Below are positions 18,652 through 27,694 of a DNA stretch of 64,000 bases, one piece after another. Numbering within the stretch: the stretch's first letter is position 1; the number at the start of each line of letters is the position of its first letter. A model generated the notes under the pieces. That model ran no database searches, was not told where the DNA came from, and saw only the letters and a program-made list of their open reading frames with translations. This stretch comes from Candidatus Omnitrophota bacterium (GTDB lineage Bacteria; Omnitrophota; Gorgyraeia; Gygaellales; Profunditerraquicolaceae). The position numbers and the translations under genes were made by a program. The stretch is from the NCBI GenBank assembly GCA_041650295.1, contig JBAZLM010000003.1, positions 2,933 to 66,932 on the forward strand, given 5' to 3'.

Positions 18652-19892
18652 GCGACCTTTCGATTAAGAAACAAACTTATTAAACCTAGCAAACTTAATA
18701 ATAAGCCCACTACAACTAAAATCAGCAAATGTGAAAATTTATCCGCTAAAACACTACTAATAAACATAAACAAAATAAAACCTAAATGCATGACAATCTC
18801 TAAAGAACTAAAAATTTTGCCCAACATCTCATTATCGCTAACATTATGAATAATGGTATTGGAGGCAATCATAATCGGAGAGATAATTAATCCCAAACAT
18901 AATGCTAAAAATGCTGCTAAGAAAAAATATGGAAAATAATGTATCCCCAACGCAAAGAATATCAGCATTATACCACTCAAAACTAATGAAACAAAAATGA
19001 TTTTATAATGCGAAATACGTTGCCCAAATTTTCCATAAATTATAGATCCTAAAAACAAACCAATCCCTAAAAACATCACTAAAAGTCCTAAATCTTTAGT
19101 CGCCGAATGCAAAGTCTTCTGCACAAAAACAATAATTACCACATAAACCGAACCCAGAGCAGACCAAAGTGCAAAGATTAACCCTGCCGTAAAACGGATG
19201 TCTTTCTGGCGAATAAAATATAAAACACCCTCTCTTATCTCTGCAAATACAGACTTTCTAATCACCTCAACAATTTCTTTACCTACTTTTTCAAGGTTAA
19301 CTTGCGCTACAAAACGCTTTGAGATAAGAAAAATAAATGTTCCAGAAATTAAAAAAGTTAAAGCATTTAAATAAAAACCACTTTTAGCTCCCAGCCGCTC
19401 AACAATCACACCACTTATCCCAAATCCTAAAACTGCAGCAATCATTCCAGAGGTATTAATTAAGGTATTGGCAACTAACAAGCTCTTCTGTTCAACTAGT
19501 GTGGGGATAATTGAAAGCTTGGCCGGAACAAAAAATCTTCCGATAGAAAAAGCAATAAAAATAATTAAATAAATCGGCGCTAAATTTTTTGAATAAAATA
19601 AAAATAGTGGAATAGCTAAAACTAAAAGACTACGCAAAAAATCACAAACATACATCGTCCGGCGCCTATCCCAGCGATCAACATAAACACCAGCTAAAGG
19701 ACCAATCAAAAATACCGGAATGATGGTAAAGGAGAGAATTTTGGCAATTTGCAGGGTTGAACCAGGAGCACGCAAATAAACAAAAGCAATTAAAGCCATC
19801 TGCCCTAGCCTATCCCCAAGCTGCGAGATAATTTGACCTACCCAAAGCAAAAAGAAGTCACGATTTTTTAAAACTTGACGAAATTGAGTCAT
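18639..19892 (-). CDS. MFS transporter. Its 3' end overlaps the rnfC start by 13 nt
   Basis: 12-TM MFS pattern (WVGQIISQLGDRLGQMAL). Confidence 0.7.
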   Translation of the reverse strand: MTQFRQVLKNRDFFLLWVGQIISQLGDRLGQMALIAFVYLRAPGSTLQIAKILSFTIIPVFLIGPLAGVYVDRWDRRRTMYVCDFLRSLLVLAIPLFLFYSKNLAPIYLIIFIAFSIGRFFVPAKLSIIPTLVEQKSLLVANTLINTSGMIAAVLGFGISGVIVERLGAKSGFYLNALTFLISGTFIFLISKRFVAQVNLEKVGKEIVEVIRKSVFAEIREGVLYFIRQKDIRFTAGLIFALWSALGSVYVVIIVFVQKTLHSATKDLGLLVMFLGIGLFLGSIIYGKFGQRISHYKIIFVSLVLSGIMLIFFALGIHYFPYFFLAAFLALCLGLIISPIMIASNTIIHNVSDNEMLGKIFSSLEIVMHLGFILFMFISSVLADKFSHLLILVVVGLLLSLLGLISLFLNRKVAWLG

Positions 19893-19996
19893 TTAAAATA
19901 TAGGCCGATGAGTGGAATCTCCCGCATTTCCGTATAGTTATGCGAAGCGGGATCCCGCCCACTATAAATAACCCGGCGGGAGAACCACTAAAATAT

Positions 19997-20068
19997 AGCC
20001 GATGGGGGGAGTCGAACCCTCGACCTTGACTTTACGAAAGTCCTGCTCTACCAACTGAGCTACATCGG
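19997..20068 (-). tRNA. tRNA-Thr (CGT), no encoded CCA
   Basis: The reverse complement is GCCGATGTAGCTCAGTTGGTAGAGCAGGACTTTCGTAAAGTCAAGGTCGAGGGTTCGACTCCCCCCATCGGCT. The anticodon loop is TTCGTAA. Confidence 0.8.
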
Positions 20069-20133
20069 CAATTTGCTAAGTATTATATCAACTCCTAACC
20101 AATAGTCAACCATTCACTTAAAGCAAAAAATAA

Positions 20134-20161
20134 TTGACAAACCGATAAATCGTGATAGATT
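20134..20161 (+). promoter_or_regulatory. Putative sigma70 promoter of csp (TTGACA-N16-TAGATT)
   Basis: A consensus -35 with 16-nt spacer. It lies about 125 nt upstream of the csp ATG. Confidence 0.35.
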
Positions 20162-20218
20162 AAGGTGTAGTTAAATTTTAGAGGGAAAATAAAGAAATTG
20201 ATTAGCAACACGTACAAA

Positions 20219-20264
20219 CCGCAATAGCAGAACAAGAATTTAACCTGCTTTGCGGATTTTTTTT
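20219..20264 (+). promoter_or_regulatory. Terminator-like hairpin plus U8 inside the csp 5' leader (candidate attenuator or thermosensor)
   Basis: CCGCAAtaGCAG...CTGCttTGCGG followed by ATTTTTTTT. It lies immediately before the AAAGGAGG SD. Confidence 0.35.
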
Positions 20265-20290
20265 ACTCTTAAAGGAGGTGAGACAGGGCA

Positions 20291-20491
20291 ATGGCAAAAG
20301 GTAAAGTAAAATGGTTCTCTAACCAAAAGGGATACGGATTTGTTACCTCAGAAGACGGTAAGGATGTATTCATCCACTTCAGCGCAATCGTTGGAGATGG
20401 ATATAAATCTTTAGCAGAAGGTGACGAAGTTGAATTTGAAGTTACTCAGGGCCCCAAAGGCGACCAAGCAACTAACGTAAAAAAGATATAA
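20291..20491 (+). CDS. cspA: Cold-shock protein (CspA family)
   Basis: [21 protein letters not shown]1/RNP2 motifs. 66 aa. Confidence 0.9.
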   Translation: MAKGKVKWFSNQKGYGFVTSEDGKDVFIHFSAIVGDGYKSLAEGDEVEFEVTQGPKGDQATNVKKI

Positions 20492-20505
20492 ATCTTTTAC
20501 ATATA

Positions 20506-20545
20506 AAAAGTCGGTTCTTTTTTAAAGAACCGACTTTTTATTTTT
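20506..20545. terminator. Bidirectional intrinsic terminator between csp (+) and SulP (-)
   Basis: AAAAAGTCGGTTCTTT-ttta-AAGAACCGACTTTTT, flanked by A- and T-runs. Confidence 0.6.
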
Positions 20546-20554
20546 AATCTCAAA

Positions 20555-22219
20555 TTATAACTTTTGTTTATTTTTTTCCACTACGGAAGTTGCCTGCGCC
20601 AAAGCTAGTTGCACATCGGCAAAGATATTTTCAATCCCAATAAGTTTAACCACTTCCGTACGCTGGAAAGTCTTAAATACCCGCCGGTTAACCCCAGCAA
20701 AAATTATGCGCGTGCCTTGAAGTTGTGCCGATTTAATAAATTTCTCTAATGTGCTTGCCGCAGTTACATCAACCGCAGGAACCGCACTCATTCTCAAAAT
20801 AATTACCTGCGGCAACTTTTCAAACGAAACAATCGCATCGTGGAATTTATCTACCGCTCCAAAGAAAAAAGGTCCATTAATCTCAAAGATCTCAATTCCA
20901 TCGGGGACTCCTGCATATTCATGTAGATGATCACCAGTCTCCTCAGAATCAATTAATTTAATATCAGTAATCTGGGCCATGCGGTGCATAAAAAGAAATG
21001 CCGCCATCACCACACCTACTTCAATGGCTACAGTTAAATCCACAAACACCGTTAAACCAAAAGTCAAAAGTAGAACTAAAACATCTCCGCGACGACTCTT
21101 TAAAAGTCGCTTAAAATGTTGTAACTCACTCATATTATAAGCTACCACAATCAAAATACCAGAAAGTGTAGCCATAGGAATCAGCCCAGCCCACTTGGCA
21201 CAAAAAAGAAAGATAATCAAAATTACAATCGAATGTACAATACCGGCAATCGGAGTACGGCCTCCATTTTTAATATTGGTCGCAGTACGCGCAATTGCTC
21301 CGGTAACCGGGATACCACTAAAAATTGGTGAGATAATATTAGCCACTCCTTGACCAACCAATTCCATATTCGAACGATGACGAGTACCCAACATACCATC
21401 GGCAACTACTGCCGAGAGCAGAGATTCAATACCCGCCAATAAAGCAATAGTTAAAGCCGAAGAGCTTAATTTAATAATCAAGTCTAAGCTTACCTGTGGT
21501 AAATGAGGAAAAGGGAATTTATGCGAGACCTCTCCAAAACGAATAAAGATCGTTTCAACTGGAACATGCAACCATTGCACAAGAATGGTAGTAAGAATAA
21601 TGGCAACAATCGTGCCAGGAATACGTTTAGTAACTCTAGGCCAAAACAAAATTATAAGAATCGTGATAATGCTTAATGCTACAGAATACCAATTCAAAGA
21701 AGGCAAGCTATGGAAATAAACTGCTAACTTATCAAAGAAATTAGCAGGAATCTTATCTATCTGTAAACCAAAAAAATCTCGAATCTGTGTAGTAAATATG
21801 ACTACCGCAATTCCACTAGTAAAGCCTACAGTTACCGGATAAGGAATATATTTTATTACATCCCCTAAGCGCATAATCCCCATTAAAACTAAAAAGATAC
21901 CCGCCATTATCGTGGCCAAGGCTAACCCTTCATAGCCATATTGAGCCACAATATTAAAAACAATAATAATAAAAGCGCCAGTCGGTCCGCCAATTTGCAC
22001 ACGACTTCCCGAAAGTAGGGAAATAAGAAAACCGCCGATAAAGGCAGTAATTAATCCTTGTTCTGGCTTAACACCAGAGGCAATAGCAAAAGCAATAGAT
22101 AAAGGTAATGCCACCACCCCCACAATTATCCCAGCCAAAAGGTCTTTATAAAAACGAGAAAGAGAATATTTCTCCCTTAAGACCGTAATGATCTTGGGTT
22201 CAAAAGTTTTATTTTTCAT
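20555..22219 (-). CDS. SulP-family anion transporter with C-terminal STAS domain
   Basis: 554 aa with polytopic SulP motifs and a C-terminal anti-sigma-antagonist-like domain. Confidence 0.8.
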   Translation of the reverse strand: MKNKTFEPKIITVLREKYSLSRFYKDLLAGIIVGVVALPLSIAFAIASGVKPEQGLITAFIGGFLISLLSGSRVQIGGPTGAFIIIVFNIVAQYGYEGLALATIMAGIFLVLMGIMRLGDVIKYIPYPVTVGFTSGIAVVIFTTQIRDFFGLQIDKIPANFFDKLAVYFHSLPSLNWYSVALSIITILIILFWPRVTKRIPGTIVAIILTTILVQWLHVPVETIFIRFGEVSHKFPFPHLPQVSLDLIIKLSSSALTIALLAGIESLLSAVVADGMLGTRHRSNMELVGQGVANIISPIFSGIPVTGAIARTATNIKNGGRTPIAGIVHSIVILIIFLFCAKWAGLIPMATLSGILIVVAYNMSELQHFKRLLKSRRGDVLVLLLTFGLTVFVDLTVAIEVGVVMAAFLFMHRMAQITDIKLIDSEETGDHLHEYAGVPDGIEIFEINGPFFFGAVDKFHDAIVSFEKLPQVIILRMSAVPAVDVTAASTLEKFIKSAQLQGTRIIFAGVNRRVFKTFQRTEVVKLIGIENIFADVQLALAQATSVVEKNKQKL

Positions 22220-22333
22220 TTTTTTAAGATTGTTTACTGACGATTCTCTTTCAGGGGAGGATTACTCTAAAGATATTAAACTAAAGTAGCGTGTAGGCTT
22301 ATCTATTCAATTAAACGCGCGCCGTCAAAATGT

Positions 22334-22363
22334 AAGTGGCTCACCCTTATCTTGGGAGAGCCT
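22334..22363. terminator. Hairpin plus T5 abutting the tRNA-Phe 3' end
   Basis: GGCTCACCC-ttatctt-GGGAGAGCC TTTTT. Confidence 0.35.
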
Positions 22364-22435
22364 TTTTAAAAATGCCGAGAGAGGGAATCGGACCCCCCAC
22401 GCCGGCCTTTTCAGGGCCGCGCTCTACCACTGAGC
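22364..22435 (-). tRNA. tRNA-Phe (GAA)
   Basis: The reverse complement is GCCGAGATAGCTCAGTGGTAGAGCGCGGCCCTGAAAAGGCCGGCGTGGGGGGTCCGATTCCCTCTCTCGGCA. The anticodon loop is CTGAAAA. Confidence 0.8.
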
Positions 22436-22512
22436 TATCTCGGCTTAAAATCTTTATACTTTGTATATTGTACACAAATTACTTAAAAAGAAAAGGATAA
22501 ATATTTAAAAAT

Positions 22513-22896
22513 TTATCTTACCCCAGTAATCACTTTTACAAAAACATCTTGAGCTAGCTCCATGTTAGGAAAGCAATATTTACGCGCACTAACCCTAACC
22601 CGAGTTGTAGCCTGGGTCATACGGATCAACTTAATCGTTACTTTACTAGACTGGGCTCCCAACTCAATAATGCCTAAATCAAAATTTTCAGACTGAATAA
22701 TTCCATAAGTTTTAGAAACAGCCAGCGCTGAATCCCAAAGAGCTTCATATTTCTTATCTGTATCTCCCTGAACCGTATCGTGACTTACCGCATAAGCGCC
22801 TAAACCTCCGGCTGCGGCTCCGATAATCAAAGTCGCACATCCGCAAACCAACGGAATTAACAATATCGCCATAACAGATATAAATTTACTTTTCAC
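22513..22896 (-). CDS. Hypothetical lipoprotein
   Basis: Signal peptide plus LVCGCA lipobox. 127 aa. Confidence 0.4.
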   Translation of the reverse strand: MKSKFISVMAILLIPLVCGCATLIIGAAAGGLGAYAVSHDTVQGDTDKKYEALWDSALAVSKTYGIIQSENFDLGIIELGAQSSKVTIKLIRMTQATTRVRVSARKYCFPNMELAQDVFVKVITGVR

Positions 22897-23013
22897 TTCA
22901 TCTCCTTTTTAGATTTAGAGAAAACTTTACAAAAACAAAAAACAGTAAAACTAATTATAACTCCCCAAGATAATAATAAAAAAACCCAGCCTTCTAATCT
23001 CACTATTTACCCC

Positions 23014-24567
23014 TTATTTTAATTTTCTACGCTGCCAAGCAATTTTTACTAAAATTGCCAATACAATAAATAAAAATAGCAATCCCAAACGTGTTCCCAA
23101 AATAAACGGCTTATTTACACTAGCCACCCCTTGCATCATTATTTTAGGTAACCACTCCTGCACAAACCACATCCCTAAAATAATAAATAAAAATAACGGA
23201 GTAATATATTTGATAATAAATTTATAAACTTTGGGAATCCTCATCTCTGACCCCTGATGAATCTCTTCCCAAGCTCGATTCATCCCAAAAACCCAAACAA
23301 ATAAAATAATCTCAATAGTCGCAAAAACCACTAAAAAAAAAGTACCTCCCCAAAAATCTAATTCATCCACTACCCCTCGACTTAAGAAAAATATTGCCGG
23401 TTGACACAATATAAATGAAGCCACGGCAAATATCGAAGCTGCCTTTTTACGATTAATATTAAACTCATCTTCTAAAAATGCTACTGCTGGTTGAGCCAAT
23501 GAAACCGAAGATGTAATGCCTGCTAAAAATAATAGAAAAAACCAAAAAAACCCAAAGATTGCCGCCATTGGCAATTTATTTAAAACTAATGGCATCGTCA
23601 CAAAACCTAAATTAAATACTCCTGACTGCGCAATCGCTTTAATATCTACCGGACCAAAAAATACAAAAGCTGCCGGGATCACAATACTTGCTCCTAAAAT
23701 CACTTCAGCAAACGCATTAGTCATTGCCGCTGTAGCCCCAGAAAGTACTACATCATCAGCTTTTTTCAAATAGCTGGCATAGGTAAGAATTACCCCTATT
23801 CCCACGCTTAAAGTAAAAAATATTTGGCCAGCCGCTTCTAACCAAACTTTGGCTGATTTCAACGCCGAAAAATCCGGATTCCATAAAAATCCAAATCCCT
23901 GGTTCACGTTCCAATCAGGTCGACTTAAATCCGGAACTCCCAACGTCATCACCCTAATCATCAACGCTATAGCAAAAAGAAATAAAAGCGGCATCGCCCA
24001 TTTACATAATTTTTCTATGCCACCTTTAATTCCGTAATAAATTACCCAAATATTTAATAAAAAAGTAACTAAAAAGAAGATGTAAGCTGTGCCAATCCCA
24101 TTAAAATATTGATTTTTTTCTAGCCCTTGAAAGCCGGCCAAGAAACTGCGCATCGCATTTTGATCAACTAAAGCTGTATATTTACCGGTTAAAGCAAAAA
24201 GACTATACGCCAAAGTCCATGATTCAATAAATATATAATAAATAAAAATAACTAGCGGTCCAAATATTCCAATAACTCCAAAATATTTGATAAAACGATT
24301 TTTTTGCCAAAGACTTTGAAAAATTCCCGGAGCCGTCCCATGTTCAAAACCTCCACCGTAACGACCCAAGGTCCACTCAATCCACATCAGTGGAATTCCC
24401 AAAAGTAAAAAAGAGATAAAATAGGGGATCATAAAAGCCCCGCCACCGTTAGCCGCAGCTTTAGCCGGAAAACGCAAGAAATTACCCAGGCCAATCGCTG
24501 AACCAGCAACGGCCATAATAATTCCCAAGCGGGATCCCCAGTTATCTCTTTTTTTTCTTTCCACCAT
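23014..24567 (-). CDS. Neurotransmitter:sodium symporter (NSS/SNF) family transporter
   Basis: N-terminal WGSRLGIIMAVAGSAIGLGNFLRFP, the canonical NSS signature. 517 aa. Confidence 0.8.
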   Translation of the reverse strand: MVERKKRDNWGSRLGIIMAVAGSAIGLGNFLRFPAKAAANGGGAFMIPYFISFLLLGIPLMWIEWTLGRYGGGFEHGTAPGIFQSLWQKNRFIKYFGVIGIFGPLVIFIYYIFIESWTLAYSLFALTGKYTALVDQNAMRSFLAGFQGLEKNQYFNGIGTAYIFFLVTFLLNIWVIYYGIKGGIEKLCKWAMPLLFLFAIALMIRVMTLGVPDLSRPDWNVNQGFGFLWNPDFSALKSAKVWLEAAGQIFFTLSVGIGVILTYASYLKKADDVVLSGATAAMTNAFAEVILGASIVIPAAFVFFGPVDIKAIAQSGVFNLGFVTMPLVLNKLPMAAIFGFFWFFLLFLAGITSSVSLAQPAVAFLEDEFNINRKKAASIFAVASFILCQPAIFFLSRGVVDELDFWGGTFFLVVFATIEIILFVWVFGMNRAWEEIHQGSEMRIPKVYKFIIKYITPLFLFIILGMWFVQEWLPKIMMQGVASVNKPFILGTRLGLLFLFIVLAILVKIAWQRRKLK

Positions 24568-24578
24568 GAAAAACTTAC

Positions 24579-24812
24579 TTACATACTTTTAATTGCTTCG
24601 GCAATTACCGGCAAGATACCTTCTGCTTCTTCTTTAGTTAAACGACCCAGTTTTGCAAAAGCATACTCACCATTCTTATCTTTTATCTCTCTAACAATTT
24701 GAATTTTTTTAGGACCATTGTTATAAGAATATACGCTAACTACAACTTTACCTGAATCATTCTCCCAAAAACGAGTAAAAACTTGTGCATCTAAGCTGCT
24801 ATCATAAGGCAT
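24579..24812 (-). CDS. PC4/YdbC-like ssDNA-binding protein (putative)
   Basis: GKVVVSVYSYNNGPKKIQIVREI...GEYAFAKLGRLT resembles the PC4 fold pattern (VSVxxFxGKxxIDIREY...KGISL). Confidence 0.4.
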   Translation of the reverse strand: MPYDSSLDAQVFTRFWENDSGKVVVSVYSYNNGPKKIQIVREIKDKNGEYAFAKLGRLTKEEAEGILPVIAEAIKSM

Positions 24813-24827
24813 TGCGCTACCTCCATA

Positions 24828-25136
24828 TTAGAACTTCTTTCCGTGTCGATAAGGCCGAGTTTTATTATACTCGATTTTTTTTAATAATGCTTTCTCTAAA
24901 TCTATTTTACGCGACCCGCAGTAATCAAAAATGCGAATACAGCAATCCGCCAACTCTTCGGCTAAATTATTATCTTTATCGTGGCTACGCATCGCTTCTA
25001 AAGCTTCTGAAAGTTCAGAATGCATTAAAGCAATTAATTCCCCGTCATTACGTTTTTCTTCCCACCAGCCTTTGCTTTTGGCTACCCGGTGGCACTCTTT
25101 AATTAGATCATTAATTGACGACTTCTTCTTTAACAT
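24828..25136 (-). CDS. MazG-like nucleotide pyrophosphohydrolase (small single-domain)
   Basis: LMHSELSEALEA...EELADCCIRIF. This is the EExxD/E-type MazG helix pattern. 102 aa. Confidence 0.6.
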   Translation of the reverse strand: MLKKKSSINDLIKECHRVAKSKGWWEEKRNDGELIALMHSELSEALEAMRSHDKDNNLAEELADCCIRIFDYCGSRKIDLEKALLKKIEYNKTRPYRHGKKF

Positions 25137-25590
25137 CAGTGATATTCTCCATTTTAGCTACTTTAGGGGTTAGCGCACTAAAGATTCGATCAGCAATCAC
25201 CTCTTTAGCATACGTGCTTGGACTAGAAACTTCAATTAAAGTATTACCATCTGAACCTTCAGTAAAAAATATACCTACCGGAGTAGTATCAGTCTGCGAA
25301 AGATAGATAGCGATCATCTTCTTATCCAGAGCTTCTGCATAAATATACGATGTTGTTTCGATATTATCTATCACTATCTTCTGAGTTAAAATATCTTTAA
25401 CTTTGGAATAACAGCTTTGGTAATCTAAAGCAAAGGATTTTTTTAAAGCACCTGGACGCCCATCCTCTAAAATTTTTGTCGAAATTCCAGCAAAACCTTT
25501 ACCCATCTCTTTAACTGTTGCACACCCCCATAAAACAGAAATTAAAAAACAAGTTGTTATTGTTAAAATAAAACGCAAACTATTCTTCAT
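25111..25590 (-). CDS. Hypothetical lipoprotein
   Basis: Signal peptide with lipobox LWGCA. 159 aa. Confidence 0.4.
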   Translation of the reverse strand: MKNSLRFILTITTCFLISVLWGCATVKEMGKGFAGISTKILEDGRPGALKKSFALDYQSCYSKVKDILTQKIVIDNIETTSYIYAEALDKKMIAIYLSQTDTTPVGIFFTEGSDGNTLIEVSSPSTYAKEVIADRIFSALTPKVAKMENITDVKEEVVN

Positions 25591-25609
25591 AGATATCCTC
25601 CCAAATTAA

Positions 25610-27619
25610 CTATTCATTAATTAATTGTTTAATCTCATCTAAATGCTTACGCGCTTCAGCTTCACCGCGGCGGGCAAACTCATCGGCTTTATGTAGCTCT
25701 AACCAAAACAAACCGGTAGTATCCGGATGTAAAACAATGTCTGCCAACTCCCCTTCACGCCGAGCAACTTCCGATTGCAAAACCTCAACGCTACTAAAAA
25801 TAATATCAACAATATTTAAATTCAAAATACCCTTTAACCAACTAAAAAAATTAAAACCTTTTTGCAACTGATTAGCTTGACCAACCGCAGGAATAGTTTC
25901 TTTAAGCCTAGCCAGCTGTTTTAAAATATCTTCCCGCGATGGAGTAACATTAACGGCAATAATCTTTCTAATCCCCATCTGCATCAAAGGCTCAGTCGGT
26001 AGAGGATAAGTTACCCCTCCATCAAAAAGGATCTCTTCTTTAAATTTAAAAGGTGCAAAGACCCCCGGCATCGAACAGCTGGCCATTATAGCATCAACCA
26101 GCAAACCTTTATCAAAAATTTTTGGTTCTTTTTTGTGCACATTGCTAGCAATTATCTTTAAAGGCAACTTTACATCATAAAAAGTTTTATCCCCGAACTG
26201 CTTTTTTAAAAAACGGTACAACTTATTACCTTTAATAAAACCAAAACGCGGGAAAGTTATATCAATTAATCCCCAAATGTGCTTAGGCTCTTTAAATTCT
26301 CTAATAATATCTAGAATTTCACCGCTACTTTTACCAATTGCCCAAAGACTAGCAATTAAAGAACCAATACTAGAGCCAACGATTGTATCGATGGGTATCT
26401 TTTCTTCTTCAATAACTTTTAACACCCCCACATGACAAAAACCATAGCCCACCCCTACCCCTAAAACTAAGCCAACCTGACAATCACCGAGGTTTCTAGC
26501 GATTCTTCTCACCGCTTTAGAGTATTCACTATCCGGTTGATCGATAATTTGCCGATCAGGAGCTTGAGATTCTATTTTAGGAATAGTGGCAAAGATATCC
26601 TGGCCTAAAATATCCAATTGATCGCTATGATTAATTTTGGCCAATTTATATTCATTAACAATAGTAATAATTTTTTTCGCATCAAAATTAAAATCATTCT
26701 CTAAACGACTAATTAAATTGTTGGTACGCTTTAAATCTAAAGGATCCGGACTAGTCAGGATATGGATAAGATCGGACTGGTTGAGGATGGTAATCATAGC
26801 CTGATCCATCGCCACAGGCAAATCTAAAATAATATAATGATAATCATTCACCAGAATGCTAACTATCTCAATTAATCTTTTAAGGCAAGCAGGATTATTC
26901 TCCTGATAATAAAAACAAAATAAGTCTATACCAAAGCTACTTTTTAAAAGATAGTCTTTTGGTAAAGTATAGATATCCGAAGCAGTGGATAAATCAAAGA
27001 TTGGCGGTTGCTCTATCCCCAATTTAGCCGGTAAAGAGTGTGGTCTACCGCAAGGCAAGATATCTAAAATAATCACTGATTTATGCGTTTCGCGATTTAA
27101 ACTTAAGCCCAAATTTAAAGCATAAATAGTTTTCCCCGCTTGAGCATAAGAACTAAAAATAGAGATAACTGTGCTTTCAAAGATTTTTTTCTGATGCACA
27201 TCTTTATGTTTAAGGCGTCGACTTAACGTCCGACTTAAATCAATTGCCAGATGAGGAATTTTTTGTAAAACATCATCAAAATCTTCTTTTTTAATTACCA
27301 AAATAACACAATCGTTAATCGCTTCACTAGTCACCGAGTGCGCTTCACTAGTTAACAATGAAATAATCCCAAAATATTTACCGCGATGTAAATACTCTAA
27401 AACTGATTGCTTGCCATTTTGATCTTTGGTATAAATCTGCACTCGGCCAGAGATAATGCAATAAAAAGCGCAAGGGTTAGCCCCTTGCGCATAAATAATT
27501 TGCCCCTTGCGATATTCAACGATCTGACTTTTAGCGTTAATTATTGCCAGCTGGCCTTTACTTAGACCAGCAAAAAAAGGTAATTCTTTTATAATAAATT
27601 CTTTATCTTTGGGATTCAC
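25610..27619 (-). CDS. Cyclic-nucleotide-binding (CAP effector) domain / ParA-MinD-like NTPase-like / patatin-like phospholipase fusion protein. The GTG start lies inside a repeat element
   Basis: N-terminal cNMP-binding beta-barrel (GQIIYAQGANPCAFYCIISGRVQIY...YFGIISLL). The central region resembles deviant ParA/MinD (SYAQAGKT). The C-terminus is patatin with GxGxxG and GSSIGS (GxSxG). Confidence 0.65.
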   Translation of the reverse strand: MNPKDKEFIIKELPFFAGLSKGQLAIINAKSQIVEYRKGQIIYAQGANPCAFYCIISGRVQIYTKDQNGKQSVLEYLHRGKYFGIISLLTSEAHSVTSEAINDCVILVIKKEDFDDVLQKIPHLAIDLSRTLSRRLKHKDVHQKKIFESTVISIFSSYAQAGKTIYALNLGLSLNRETHKSVIILDILPCGRPHSLPAKLGIEQPPIFDLSTASDIYTLPKDYLLKSSFGIDLFCFYYQENNPACLKRLIEIVSILVNDYHYIILDLPVAMDQAMITILNQSDLIHILTSPDPLDLKRTNNLISRLENDFNFDAKKIITIVNEYKLAKINHSDQLDILGQDIFATIPKIESQAPDRQIIDQPDSEYSKAVRRIARNLGDCQVGLVLGVGVGYGFCHVGVLKVIEEEKIPIDTIVGSSIGSLIASLWAIGKSSGEILDIIREFKEPKHIWGLIDITFPRFGFIKGNKLYRFLKKQFGDKTFYDVKLPLKIIASNVHKKEPKIFDKGLLVDAIMASCSMPGVFAPFKFKEEILFDGGVTYPLPTEPLMQMGIRKIIAVNVTPSREDILKQLARLKETIPAVGQANQLQKGFNFFSWLKGILNLNIVDIIFSSVEVLQSEVARREGELADIVLHPDTTGLFWLELHKADEFARRGEAEARKHLDEIKQLINE

Positions 27620-27694
27620 TCCGCACCTTCTTCTTTATTCGCTACCTAACCCGCACCTCTTAATATATAAATACAAAGAAGATGCGGGGTTCAT
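27617..27694 (-). repeat. Family-1 palindromic start-codon element (copy 3)
   Basis: ATGAACCCCGCATCTTCTTTG...AGAAGAAGGTGCGGAGTG. The uORF ATG directly follows the GH1 TAA (TAAATG). The terminal GTG is the start of the downstream gene. Confidence 0.55.

Noticed and set aside
24828-25136. MazG-like protein as part of a MazEF toxin-antitoxin pair
   Set aside because: It is a MazG pyrophosphohydrolase-fold protein, not a MazF endoribonuclease. No antitoxin-like partner is present.
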